A DNA stretch of 64,000 bases, taken from NCBI GenBank assembly GCA_951406725.2, contig OX597835.1:25110001-25174000 (forward strand), written 5' to 3'. A program made the translations under genes and the position numbers. Positions 25,806 to 38,810 of the stretch are shown here, piece by piece. The DNA is from Octopus vulgaris. Lineage: Eukaryota. Under the pieces are notes generated by a model. That model searched no databases. It was not told where the DNA came from and saw nothing but the letters and a program-made list of their open reading frames with translations. Positions within the stretch are counted from its first letter, which is position 1, and each line of letters begins with the position of its first letter.

Positions 25806-26614
25806 GTAAGTATTTGTTTAAATTTCCTTCAATTAAACAGTTGTGTAGTAAATAAATAAGTAGAGGACCTGTTTGTATTACTGGTACTTACATTGGTTTC
25901 AAATTTTGGTGCAAGGCCAGAAATTTTGGGGGGAAAAGTTAAATCAATTTCTTCAGTCCCAGTGTTCAACTGGTTCTTGTTTTATTGACCCTGAGAGGTT
26001 CCTGAAAGGATGAGAGGTAAAGTCAACCTCAGCTGAATTTGAACTCAGAACATAAAGACAGACAAAATGCCACTAAACATTTTACCTGGCCTGCTAACAA
26101 TTCTGTTATCTCACACCTTAATAATCCTTTCTACTATATGTGCAAGGCCTGAAATATTTGGAGGAAGAGGGGTCAGTCAATTACATCAACCCCAGTGTTC
26201 ACCTGGTGCTTATTTTATTGATTCAGAAAGGGTAAAAGTCAGTCAACTTAAGTAGAGTTTGAACTCAGAACATAAAGGATGAAATGCCACTAAGCATTTT
26301 GCCCAGTGTACTAGTGATTCTGCCAGCTTGCCGCCTTTACTGGTTCATGTATTGATGAAACCCAAGACAGGTAAACTAGACAAGGCAATCAATCCTAGCT
26401 GACAGGATTTGAATTCAGACATTGTAGGTCATAGTCATAGGCAAACTGTGACCTGCAGGACTTTCTGAAAGGCACACCTAAACGAAATATGATCCTGAAT
26501 ATTTTTAGTAGTAGCAATTGTAGTAGTAGTAATAGTAGTAGTAGTAGTGTGCAGTTCACCTGAAAATGTGCCATGTCTCATGTTGTACACTTCTTGAGAA
26601 AGGTTGCTCATATA

Positions 26615-26778
26615 GGCGCAGAAGCGGCTGTGTGGTAAGTACCTTACTTACCAACACATGGTTCCAGGTTCAATCCCACTCTGTGGCACCTTGGGCAAGT
26701 GTCTTTTACTATAGCCTCGGGCCAACCAAAGCCTCGTGAGTGGATTTGGTAAACAGAAACTGAAAGAAGCCTGTCATA

Positions 26779-26854
<76 letters not shown>

Positions 26855-26891
26855 TGACATGTTGTCAAGCAATGTTGTGGGGCAAACACAG

Positions 26892-26922
<31 letters not shown>

Positions 26923-27210
26923 TATATGTGTGTGTGTCTGTGTTTGTCCCCCACAACATTGCTTGACAATTAATGTTGTGGGGGCAAACACAGACACATA
27001 CACAACACACATATGTGTGTGTGTCTGTGTTTGTCCCCCACAACATTGCTTGACAATTAATGCTGGTGTGTTTTCGTCCCCGTAACTTAGTGGTTCAGCA
27101 AAAGAAACTACAGTACTAGGCTTACAAATAACAAGTCCTGGGGTCAATTTGCTCCACTAAAGGCAGTGCTCCAGCATGGCTACAGTCAAATGACTGAAAC
27201 AAGTAAAAGA
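26615..27210 (+). mobile_element. SINE family A with internal foldback duplications
   Basis: Family A head and tail; two internal hairpins at 26862-27047. Confidence 0.85.
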
Positions 27211-27696
27211 ACACCAGCTGTAGCACATCAACCTCGATGCCTTCTCACACAGTTTCATGATTTTAGTTGTCTTTCTTCTCTTAAAGTGAATTCACTGAGC
27301 AGGACTTGTTTCTGGTTATGTTTTCTACTCCTGCTTAGAATCCTTGAACTGTGGCCATACTGGGGCACTGCCTTCAAGAAATTATATCAACCCCAGTACT
27401 TTGTCCAATATTTTTGTTTATCTAGCGTGTATGCTTGCCCTGGTGCGTGTAAAAGGGATGTCACTGGCACAGATTAAAAACTGCAATATGTTTGTTCAGT
27501 TCACTGATTTATCAATCATTTCTTGCCAGTCCTCTCACACAACAAAATATGCTTCTTTCTGCACAGTTTCAATCTATCGAAGTTTCACTCCTCTGGCATT
27601 GATGAGTCAAAAGACTTGCTTTAGGTTGGACTAAACAACCATTGATATTGTTTAAGATTATGGTTACTATTGTTGTTTTGTTATTTTCTTTGGCAG

Positions 27697-27834
27697 GTGG
27701 TCTTATGGAATCCTTCAGTGGGAAATATTCACATTAGGAGGTAATCCTTATCCCTCAATCCCAGTAGAAGAGCTGTTCAAGTTGCTGCGAGACGGCTACA
27801 GAATGGAACAGCCACCATATTCTTCAGATGAAAT
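27697..27834 (+). CDS. FGFR: FGFR kinase exon (alphaF-alphaG)
   Basis: tggcag|G...AT|gtaagt; 138 nt. [46 protein letters not shown]. Confidence 0.97.
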
Positions 27835-27887
27835 GTAAGTTGCTGTCTTTAAAATGTTTCACTAACCTGAATTTGTGATATGACCGA

Positions 27888-27927
<40 letters not shown>

Positions 27928-28278
27928 AAAGTAAGATAGGGGTTATGAATGTAACCCACTATGGGATATCAGTTATCTAATATACTGTTGGTAAAGTACC
28001 CAAATTCTTAATACATAAATGCTTTTACTTGCAATGCAACTAATTCATTTATTGTATTAAATGGGTGAACGTAAAAAATATTTTTACTGTAAATTCATAA
28101 TACAAATAAGAAAATGGAGAAACAAATTCATCGCGTTCATCAACTTACGGATATTACAATTTTACATTATTTATTAATTATACAAATGGGAACATCAAAA
28201 CCAATATATATATAAAATTTATGTGCTATAAATTGGTTACATTTCAGACAATGCACAAAGTGTTTTAACAATTTTTAA

Positions 28279-28500
28279 CCCTTTCATTACCGTATTTATT
28301 TTGAGATGCTCTGTGTTTCTTTCAATTATTTTAAATATAACAAAGAATTTAGTAAAATAACTTAGTTACCATTAAGCTAGTGTTAGGAACATAAATTGTG
28401 ACTAAGGTTTGGTGGAAGATTTTAATTTCAAAGCTTAAGAAAACAAGACATTTGTACTACAGAGCCAGAGGTGGTTTCGGCCAGGTTGGTAAGGAAAGGG
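28279..28500. mobile_element. piggyBac-type MITE family E
   Basis: TTAA TSD and CCC...GGG ends; reverse orientation of 9708-9928. Confidence 0.85.
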
Positions 28501-28683
28501 TTAATACAATTCCTAATAAGATTTAATTATAAAAATTAACAACGATTTTTTTTTAAATACAGTAAGAATTTTTTTTATATACTGAACAGCTATGACAGTT
28601 CAGTAGAATAAAATGGAAACTAAAGGGCTCCATATGCAAAATCTGGTTGAGAACCACTGTTATACACCATCATATATATGTGC

Positions 28684-29200
28684 TCATCATCATCATCGTT
28701 TAACGTCCACTTTCCATGCTAGCATGGGTTGGACAATTTTGACTGAGGGCTGGCAAACCAGATGGCTGCACCAGGCTCCAATCTTGATCTGGCAGAGTTT
28801 CTACAGCTGGATGCCCTTCCTAACGCCAACCACTCCGAGAGTGTGGTGGGTGCTTTTTACGTGCCACCGGCACGGGGGCCAGTTAGGCGGTACTGGCAAT
28901 GACCTTGCTCGAATCTTTTTACACTGGCCACCGGCACAGGTGCCAGTGAAGCAACGTTGGTAACGATCACACTCGAATGGTGCCCTTTTACGTGCCACAG
29001 GTACAGAAGCCAGTTGGCTGCTCTGGCAACGATCACGCTCAGATGGTGCTCTTGGCACCCTACTAGCACAGACATAAGTGCCAGTAAGGCGACACTGGTA
29101 ACAATCATACTCGAATAGCCACTCTGTCAACGATCACACTCATATGGTGCTCTTTGCACCCTGCTAGCACAGATGCCAGTCATTGAATTGATTTTGATTT
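28684..29200 (-). mobile_element. RTE-tail-related retroposon with internal tandem repeats
   Basis: catcatcatcgtttaacgtccactttccatgc end, and repeated aacgatcacactc(g)aatggtgc units. Confidence 0.7.
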
Positions 29201-29346
29201 TGCTATATTAAATTAATTCATCAAAAGTGTCTTTATTTCTGTAAATGAATTAATTCTACTTTTGTTTTTCTGTCAATATATTTTCAACGCTTTGACTAAC
29301 ATTTCATTGTTTTTTTCTCTCTCTTTCTCCCTCTGTCTACCTGCAG

Positions 29347-29452
29347 GTATAGTATAATGCAAAAATGCTGGACACAAAAGCCGGAAGACCGGCCTACATT
29401 TTCAACACTGGTGCAAGAGATTGACAAGATCCTCACGTCATTACTAAACGAG
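29347..29452 (+). CDS. FGFR: FGFR kinase C-lobe end exon
   Basis: ctgcag|G...GAG|gtgtgt; 106 nt, ends phase 0. YSIMQKCWTQKPEDRPTFSTLVQEIDKILTSLLNE. Confidence 0.96.
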
Positions 29453-30632
29453 GTGTGTGTGTCTCCTCGTAACTTTGGCAACAAGGACGGGACAATGTTG
29501 CAGATAATATTAAGGGTGTGTCTGATTATGAGGTAGTGAATGGGGAGGTAGATCAAGAATGGGAATGAAGTCTGTATTTGGTCTGTGTGTGTTTCGTATG
29601 TCTAAATGCGTGTATAAATATGTGCAAATTTGTGTGTTTTGTGAGCATGTCTGCTTTGCTGTATGCATGCGTGAGTGAGCCACCATGTAGCTGTGTGTAC
29701 TGATTTTCTTATCGTTTCATCCAAAGTCAGCTCCGATTAAGCAGACACGTGATCAAAGCCATTCCAACCATGACCATCATGTCCTTTTATGTATCGGGGA
29801 TTACATTTGTCCAATGTGTCCTTTTTTTAAAGACAGAAATTATCAGCAATACTGTCTGCTTGGCAAGTGATAGACTTTTTGGGAGTTCAAACCCTTTCAG
29901 AGGATCTCAAATTAGTTCTCTGAATTCAAATAATGCCGAGGCCAGCTTGTTCAATGAGTCCCTTTTGAAGTCAGCTGACAGTGATTTGGCTGCTATTTCT
30001 AGCGAGTCCACCGACCATGTAGAAGCCTTTTTGTAAGTTTGTGTATGAAGCATGCATTATGTCTGCACACATGCATACATCTGTGCCTGTATGCCTAAAT
30101 GTATGTATAAGTGTTCTGGTTTGTAAGCATGAATGCTCTGCTGTATGTGTGAGTATGTATGCTTATGTAAGTATAAGGCATGGTCGAGGGGGTTAAGCAG
30201 TTCACTTCACAATCACTAGGGTATGGTGTTCCCTTCCACTGTGTGGCATCTTGGGTAAGTTAACTTCTGTTTTAGCCTCAGATCGACCAAATCTAGCCTA
30301 ACTTAAACACACCCCGCGTTACGCTGATTCTGGTTAAGGATTCCATCACATTAAGTTTTTGGGGACACTGTACCTTTTACACTATATTTCAGTGAATAAG
30401 CTTCTTCAGTTGATCAGACAGCTGGAATGCTCATCGTTGAAACCAACAGTGAGGCCTTTTGGTCATACCTGCTCCCAAGATCATGAACATGAAGTTCCAA
30501 ATTCTATCTCACCTGGGGCATATGTCTTCTGCCATACATGCATAGTCTTAGTAAAACTAAATTGACAGAAACTGTACAGAAGCCTGCCGGATAGACCTTA
30601 TTCTCTGATTAAGTGTACAAGTGTCAGTGGGA

Positions 30633-30763
30633 CTGATGTAATCTCCAGGGATACAGGCATCCAGCAACAGGACCTCCGTAATGCTATGATGGACCGTGAA
30701 GTCTGGCGTAGCATGGTAAATTCCATTGTCTCGACTACGGTCGAACAATGTTGATGATGATAA
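30633..30763 (+). mobile_element. RTE/BovB-like LINE extreme 3' end
   Basis: DVISRDTGIQQQDLRNAMMDREVWRSMV resembles the BovB MDREAWR terminus; gatgatgat tail. Confidence 0.65.
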
Positions 30764-31253
30764 TGGGACTTAGGGAACTGTACTTGTAATTCACTGAGTT
30801 AGGTTGGCGATTATTATGAAAAGGCTCTGTGGCAATTCAGTTGATTAAACCAACCAAAGTACTCAACATTGAAACCAACACAAGATTCATTTACATGTAT
30901 CTGGATATCATCATCATCATTTAACCTCTATTTTCCATGCTGGCATGGGTTAGATGGTTTGACTGGAGCTGGTAAGCACGAAAGCTTCACCAGGTTCCAG
31001 CTGTCTGTTTTGGCTTGGTTTCTACAGCTGGATGCTCTTCCTAATGCAAACCACTTTACAGAGTGTACTGGGTGTCTTTTCCATGTCACTAATATGGATG
31101 CCCTTTTACTTGTCACTGGTACAAGTGCTCATTGTTAAAAACATCCGAGAGTCCATTTGGTCATACCTGCCCCCAAGATCATGAACATGAGGTCCCAAAT
31201 TCTATCTTACTTGGGGCATGTCTTTTGCCATTCATACATACATAATCTTCTTA

Positions 31254-31519
31254 AAATAATAAAAAATACATACGCCCTTTTTAAAGCCTAGCCAGGCTAA
31301 TGGGCCCGGTTTCCCAGTTTCTATGGCGTATGTGTTCCTCAGCTAGACGGGATACCAGTCCATCGCAGTGTTACTCATTTTTGCCAGCTGAGTGGACTGG
31401 AGCAATATGAAATAAAGTGTTTTGCTCAATAACACAATGCATCACCCAGTCCAGGAATCGAAACCACAATCTTACGATCATGATGCTGACACCCTAACCT
31501 CTAAGCCACGTGCCTCCAC
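31254..31519 (-). mobile_element. tRNA-derived SINE (G-like head, different tail)
   Basis: 14-bp TSD acataatcttctta (31240-53 and 31520-33). Confidence 0.8.
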
Positions 31520-33459
31520 ACATAATCTTCTTAGTAAAACTAAACTGACAGAAACTGTCAAACAACCACAGATACGTGGTACCCTTTTATGTGTCACCAG
31601 CACTATCCACAGCCATGATTTCACTTTCCCTTGATGTGTCTTCTCAAGCGCTGCTAATCACCAGATATATTGGACAAAAACCAGATCTTTACTGTTGTAT
31701 GTCTGTGTGATGTGTGTGTATGCTTTTTCAGTGTGTTGGTATATTTGACAGCATGTAAGTATGATGTTTTTTTTTATATATTCTTCATCTTGATTGTTTA
31801 AGTATTTATCTTAGTTAATCAGGAAATTGTCAAAAAATTTCATTACTGTTATTATTATTAATTAAAGGGGACAAAAGAAGCCCCTTATTTTATCTTCATT
31901 ATATTGTACATAGACTATCAAATTAGTTTTCTGTTAGTTGTCCTCATTAATTCTATATCATAGTTAGTTGAGACAATGAAACAAGTGCTTAGATACCCCT
32001 TAGAGTCTTCAGTTTTGTCCCCTTACAGTCTGAAATCAAAACCTACTTGTTGGTCATGCTTGATTTCCATTTTTAAAGGGGAAAAAAATTGCTTAAAAAT
32101 GGAACAAAACAAAAGCTAATAGAACTGCTATGTCACTGAAGACTGGGTCTAAGGATTCACTTCTGCTCCCATTTCAGGCCATCCCTTAACTCCACTCAAC
32201 ACTTAGTAAAGGTAGAGTTACTTTTTAATGTCAGAATGTCAAGACATCAAAGAAGATGCAGGAAATGTTAACTGACAATCAATCCTGATGGCATGAACCA
32301 ATAAGGAAGCAGCTATGCAGTAGCTTGATCTGCTAAAAATAGCAGCCATATCTCATCTCATTATATCGTACAATCTTAAAAACAGAAAGAGCCCTTTGGA
32401 TAATGTATTCCTGGATATCCCTGAAATGACACACTGCTTACAGCTTAAGGGCCTTTGATCACATAGGGCTAATCAATTAGTCCTAACCTGGGGTTAAGCA
32501 ACATCCAACACCATTGTACAATATAGGAGAGGAAGGATTAAGCAAGTACCATTAATATACTGGGGTTGATTCAATGAATTTCTCAGCTAATATGATTGCT
32601 ATAAAAACTTATATAATGCCAACCTAATAACTATATACGTACATTACTAAACTTTGCTTTCAAATCTATCTATAGCTGTAGCCTAAGGTTTTAGCAAGGT
32701 ACCATTATACTCACCTGGTGGACACATTGCTTCTGGGTTTTCTCTTGGCCATTTGGGTTATTACAGCATCAGCACTAACACCTTGTTTTTACACCCATAG
32801 ATGGCGGGGTCAGTTTTGAATCTTTCGTTCAAACATTTGTTGTACAATAAAATGAGTGCCCTTTCTGGTTCTTACCACTATTTTCGTCAGTCAGGCAAAC
32901 TGGTGAAAAGAAGGGGTGTGCCCCTTACTCAGGTTTACAACACAAAATATTTGAGCTGGTGACCATGTGATCAGTGGTCCGGCTCATTTTAACTCTAACC
33001 ATTGCACCTACATGATAGGGGTATCGTGTGTAGTTGTCAATGTCAAAACAAGATAACTTGATTCAAATTATGTCTGAGTCACATTGGTAGTGGCAACTAT
33101 AAACACCATACTGTTATTTTGCTACTGGACTCTGGCCATATTATGAGAAGATGAAGAGCAAAGTCAACATTGGAGGAATTTGAGCTGAGAATGTAAAGAA
33201 TGTAAACATTTGGTCTGCTAGTAATTCTGCCAGCTCAATGCCTTTCTTCTCTTAGTAATAGCAACAACAACAGTTTTTTTAACCATGCAATACAAGGCCT
33301 CATATTTTCAAGAGAGTTTATAAATGCAGAAAGAATGAAAGGCAAAAATTGACTTTGGCAGTATTTGAAACTTTTGAACATAAAGAAATGTAGTTAAATA
33401 TCACAAGGCATTTTATTCACCACATTACTAATTCTGCCATCCTAGCAGCAGTAATAATG

Positions 33460-34131
33460 ATAATAATAATTTCTACTTTAGGCACAAGGCCCAAAATTTT
33501 TGGGGAGGGTTCAGTCGATTAAATTGACCCAGTATGCAGCTGGTACTTAATTTATCAATCTCAAAAGGATGAAAAGGCAAAGTTGACCGTGGCAGAATTT
33601 GAACTCAGAACGTAAAGACAAACAAAATACTGCTAAGCATTTTGCCCGGCATGCTAACATTTCTGCCAGCTCAAATAAGAGTTTCAAATTTTGGCACAAG
33701 GCCAGCAATTTTGAAAGGATGGGAGCTATTTGATTACATTGACCGCCATGCTCAGTTGGTATTTTATCAGCTCCAAAAGAGTGAAAGCCAAAGTCAACCT
33801 TGGCGGCATTTGAACTCAGAATGTAAAGAGTCAAAAAGTGCCGCTAAGCATTTTGTCTGGCGTGCCAATGATTAGTCCAGCTTGCTGCCCTCTGGGCAAT
33901 AATAATAATAATAATAATAATTCTTTCTACTATAGGCACACGTGTTTTTTGTGGGGAGGGGAACAGTTGATTACATCGACCCCCAAAACTCAACTGGTAC
34001 TTAGTTTATCAACCCCAAAAGCATGAAAGGCAAAGTTGACCTCGGCAGAATTTGAACTCAGAACATGGCGACGGGCAAAATACCACTAAGCATTTCACCC
34101 AGCGTGCTAACGATTCTGCCAGCTTGCCACC

Positions 34132-34173
<42 letters not shown>

Positions 34174-34395
34174 TTGATTCTTTCTAGTGGAGGTACAAGG
34201 CCTCAAATTTGGGGGAAGGGATTAAGGTGATTACATCGACCCCAGTGCATAACTGGTACTTATTTAATTGACCCCCCCAGAAGGATGAAAGGCAAAGTTG
34301 ACCTCGGCAGAATTTGAACTCAGAACATGGCGACGGGCGAAATACCACTAAGCATTTCGCCCACTGTGCTAACGACTTTGCCAGCTTGCCACCTT
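33460..34395 (-). repeat. Head-to-tail cluster of family B SINEs separated by (AAT)n
   Basis: At least 4 consecutive copies in the same orientation. Confidence 0.82.
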
Positions 34396-34582
34396 AATAA
34401 TAATGATAATAATAATTACAACAGTGATGGCTGTGATAAGTGTACTTGTGTGTTCCTATGTTGTATATAATGAGCTAGGGTTTCAGAGTATCACCTTTTA
34501 AAGAAGGTAGCTGTTTCAGTTGATGCTGCTATTGTTGTTGTTGTTGTCAGCATGTGTGTACCAAAATGTTTCTTTCAAACAG

Positions 34583-34624
34583 CCTGACGAGAGCCACTCC
34601 GTCTTTGAAATGCCGTGCTACTGA
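34583..34624 (+). CDS. Candidate alternative terminal exon (PDESHSVFEMPCY*)
   Basis: tgtttctttcaaacag acceptor in unique GC-richer sequence within a SINE-rich intron. Phase 0; AATAAA at 34832 and 34837. Confidence 0.4.
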   Translation, partial: PDESHSVFEMPCY

Positions 34625-35000
34625 CTCTGGATCTTCGGCGCCGCCGTGCAGAAGGAAAGAGGACAAGAGGTCACGCACAAAACACACAAAAGGTGATTCT
34701 GTTGCCAAAGACCTAGGCTGCTGTTGTTGCTATATTTATTTGAAGACAGAAATCTGCTACAGTTTAACCAGATTTAGTCGTAGTTGGTAGGTGTTCAGTC
34801 CCCCCAGCCCACAACAAAAAAAAATATAATGAATAAAATAAAACTTTGATCTCTGTTTTAGTAAAAAAAAAAAAATAGTTAAAATGAGGGGTTCTGTGTT
34901 TTTATCTTCCCAACTCTTCGTTTTGATTCTGTTTGCTTTCCTTTCCCTCCCATGCTAGTGGCTTGCATGCATGTTTGTCTTTAAGCTGGTTTGAACCGCA

Positions 35001-35234
35001 TACTCTCTTTTTACTCTTTTACTTGTTTCAGTCATTTGACTGCGGCCATGCTGGAGCACCGCTTTTAGTCGAGCAAATCGACCCCGGGACTTATTCTTTG
35101 TAAGCCCAGTACTTATTCTATCGGTCTCTTTTGCCGAACCGCTAAGTGACGGGGACATAAACACACCAGCATCGGTTGTCAAGCAATGCTAGGGGGACAA
35201 ACACAGATACACAGACATACATACATATATATAT

Positions 35235-35288
<54 letters not shown>

Positions 35289-35423
35289 GACAGGCTTCTA
35301 TCAGTTTCTGTCTACCAAATCCACTCACAAGGCATTGGTCGGCCCAAGGCTATAGCAGTGGGACTGAACCTGGAACCATGTGGTTGGTAAGCAAGCTACT
35401 TACCACACAGCCACTCCTGCGCC
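35001..35423 (-). mobile_element. SINE family A
   Basis: Reverse-complement match with a small internal deletion. Confidence 0.88.
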
Positions 35424-35921
35424 TATACACTTTGGAAATGTATCTTTTTATGAAATGTGCAGACAATATTTTAGTGCGGAAAAGAAATGATAACTTCATT
35501 TTTTGATACAATCTCTCCCTACACAAATTACATTTCTTTCCATTGGGGTTGAACGTACATGTACCTGTCACAATTAATTTTGCTCCAATTTTGTTAGGTG
35601 ATGAATTGGCAGAGTCTTTAGAATGGTGGACAAAATAAATGCCTTGCAGTTTATATTTCAACACCTTGTGATCTGAGTTCAAATCCTGACAAGATCAGCC
35701 ATGCCTTCTGGAATCAATAAACAAAGTACCAGTCTCAGGTGGTTGACTTACAGAAACATAAGATGATGGGAAGAGAAGTGTTCTGTTTATTTCTGAGTTC
35801 AAATCCCACTGTGGCCTTCTTGGGTGGTGGACTTAATTTCTCATCTTCTTTAACACTACCACCAGGCTCTTGGGTGCCATGAGCAGAATCCTCTGTTTCA
35901 TGCATTTGGGCCAGGTCTCCT

Positions 35922-36029
<108 letters not shown>

Positions 36030-36919
36030 TCAGAAGCCTTGTAAAAGGGCTATGGATGTTTTCCTTCTCCATTGACTAAAAGAAGCTCATCTCTGTTGCT
36101 TGGTAAAAATCCAGTAACACAGGACACCAGCAAAACTTGTCTCATCAAAATGCCCCCTGGTCCATGCAGGCATGGAAAAATGACACATGCACATCACACA
36201 CACACACACACAGCAGGCTTCCACACAAAATGTATTAGCCAATCTGGAGTGATAACAGAAGACATTTGTGCAATAGGGTTGAACCCAGATCCCCATGGTT
36301 ATGATGCAGCCTTCTTAATCACACAGCCATGCTTTTGCCCTTATCAATAATGTTGTTTGTTGCTTGCTTGTGTTGTGACCTTTCCATAGTTTAGAAAATA
36401 GGGAAAAGCTTGCCATATGGATGCATTTCTCAGCTCTATAGTACTCACCATTCTTTAATAGAAATGGCAAATGCAATAACAGTCATCTAACCTTGAGGTT
36501 AGCATTTGTTTCTAGCTTACACATAAGCCCACAAATTTGGGTGAAAGGTTAGTCAAGGAAATCAACTCCTTCTCCAGGATTGAAACTTAATTTTGCAACT
36601 CTGGAAGGACCCACTACTGTGGGGCCCCCAATTTATTATATTGCTTGTGTGGACACCCTAAAATCCTATATGGACCCTGGTTGAGAATCACTGCCTTAAC
36701 CCTTTCATTACCATATTTATTTTGAGATGCTGTGTTTCTTTCAATTAATCATCTTCAGACTACATCTCTCACCACTTCAATGGTCATTTGGCTAAAAGCT
36801 TATTATTATGTATTTTCCTAATTATTAATCTCATTTTGTGGGGTAAAAGACTTCAATATTTATACTGTTTTCAAAGATCAAATCGATTGAAATGTAGTGT
36901 AGACAAAAGTAAGAGTTTG

Positions 36920-37232
36920 GCACTCCGTCACTTAAAACAACGTGAGTTCCAGTTGATCCAATAAATGGAACAGCCTGCTCATGGAATTAACATGCAAGTG
37001 GCTGAGTACTCCACAGACACACATACCCTTAAAGTAGTTCTCAGGGAGATACAGTGAAACACAGAATATGACGACGCTGGCCTTTTGAATTGCAGCTACA
37101 ACTCCATTTTGCCAGTTGTGTTGACTGGTACAGTGTGAAATAAAATGTCTTGCTCAAGGATAACATGGTACTGGGAATCGAAGTCATGATCATGAGCCAA
37201 ATAACCCTAACCACTAAGCCATGTGCCTTCAC
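36920..37232 (-). mobile_element. tRNA-derived SINE (G-like head, third tail type)
   Basis: Minus-strand head gtgaaggcacatggcttagtggttaggg; core shared with the copies at 10622 and 31254. Confidence 0.75.
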
Positions 37233-37857
37233 TGAACTGTAGTGTAGACATAGATATTAAAAAAAACAAATTTTTATCTCTAAAAATGATAATTAATTCA
37301 AAGATTATAATATTGTTTTCTACTCTAGGCACAAGGCCTGAAATTTTGGGGGAGGGGGCCAGTCTATTAGATCAACCCCAGTATGCAAATGGTACTTAAT
37401 TTATCAACCCCTGAAAGGATGAAAGGCAAAGTCGACCTCAGTGGAATTTGAACTCAGCACGTTAAGACAGGTGAAATACCACTATGCATTTCGCCCGGCG
37501 TGCTGATGTTTCTTATTTCTTTGCTGCCCACAAGGGCCTACACACAGAGGGGACAGACAAAGGAATTAAGTTAATTATATTGAACCCAATGCATAACTTA
37601 TACTTATTTAATCGACCCCAAAAGGATAAAAGGCAAAGTCGACCTCGGCAGAATTTGAACTCAGGACGTAACGGCAGACGAAATACCGCTATGCATTTCG
37701 CCCGGCGTGCTAATGTTTCTGCCAGTTCGTCACCTTTCAAAGATTTTAATATATTATAATGAGCAGCAACTCGTTTCATAGATTTATAAGTTATGTTGAC
37801 AGTGACCCCGGGCCCTTTTTTCTTCTCAAACCTCTATCTCTTGCCACAGTGTGACAG

Positions 37858-37941
37858 ACATTGAATAATCAGAATCGACTCCTGGTCAATTCTGGGTTAT
37901 ATACAGATCTTGAAGCACAGTTTGTGTTCAGTGACCTCTAG
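37858..37941 (+). CDS. Candidate alternative terminal exon (TLNNQNRLLVNSGLYTDLEAQFVFSDL*)
   Basis: Strong pyrimidine tract at 37813-37845. This reading uses the second AG (37856-57); the first AG (37848-49) gives CDRH*. AATAAA at 38023. Confidence 0.35.
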   Translation, partial: TLNNQNRLLVNSGLYTDLEAQFVFSDL

Positions 37942-38123
37942 TTGTCCACGTATGATGTGGCTGGAGTTTAGGATCCTCTGGTCAAACTGTTGCAGTATAA
38001 GATTGTTCGTGAGCTGTCATCAAATAAATCCCTGTCATCGCCAATAGTTTTAGTTGTTGAGTCGCTATCCAATTAGTTCTGCACACAAAAACACATCAAG
38101 CACAAACATAGCTGTGTGGTTAA

Positions 38124-38810
38124 CCCTTTAGCATTTAAACTGGCCATGTCTGGCCCAAATATTCTACCTGTCTTATGTTGAAACTAGCCAGATTTGACTT
38201 CTCACCAAGGCTGTGGAGTCAAAGCAAAAAGCTTCGACTCTGACTCGGACTCCTGTACTATTGGCACCTCCGACTCCTCTTTATGTAATTAAGTGATTGT
38301 GGTATACATATCTCATAAAGCATATGCATACACTTGTACGGCCTATATGTTATAACTGGTTTATATTGGGCATGGCTGTGTGGTTAGGGAGCTTGCTTCC
38401 TAGCTATATGGTTTCAGGTTCAGTCCCACTGCGTGGCACTTTGGGTAGGTGTCTTTCACTATAGCCCCGAGCTGACTGGAGCTTTGTGATTGAATTCGGT
38501 AGGTGGAAGTTACTGCCGTGTGTGTATATGTGCGTGTAGGTGCTTGTGCCTCTCCGAAAGAGAGAGAGGGGATAAAGACATTGTGAGTCAGAGTCAGTAT
38601 AGTTTTATCGACTCAGACTCCAACTACCTCTTCATTATTTCTGACTCCAACTCTACAGCCCTGCTTCTCACATCTACCCTATAGTGTAATTTCTAAAAAT
38701 AAACAGTCATACCATCGAAATCCCAAAGCTATGAGATAATGCAGGATAAATCCAAAACAATGTGAATAAACAACCATTGCATTTGGCAGATTAATCTGAA
38801 CGTTAAAGGG
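38124..38810. mobile_element. piggyBac-type MITE family D, interrupted by the hAT MITE
   Basis: TTAA|CCCTTT...AAAGGG|TTAA. Body matches copies at 2708-2923, 20254-20463 and 59444-59664. Confidence 0.85.
38206..38663. mobile_element. hAT-type MITE with GGAGTC/GACTCC repeats
   Basis: TIRs caaggctgtggagt / actctacagccctg; perfect 8-bp TSD cttctcac. Confidence 0.85.

Noticed and set aside
28850-29170. CRISPR-like repeat-spacer pattern
   Set aside because: Eukaryotic intron, 'spacers' related to each other, no cas genes. These are internal tandem repeats of a retroposon.
34579-34625. Hammerhead-like CUGACGA...GAAA
   Set aside because: No NUH triplet in register with a stem I, and stem II is poor. 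Better explained as the candidate exon or as chance.
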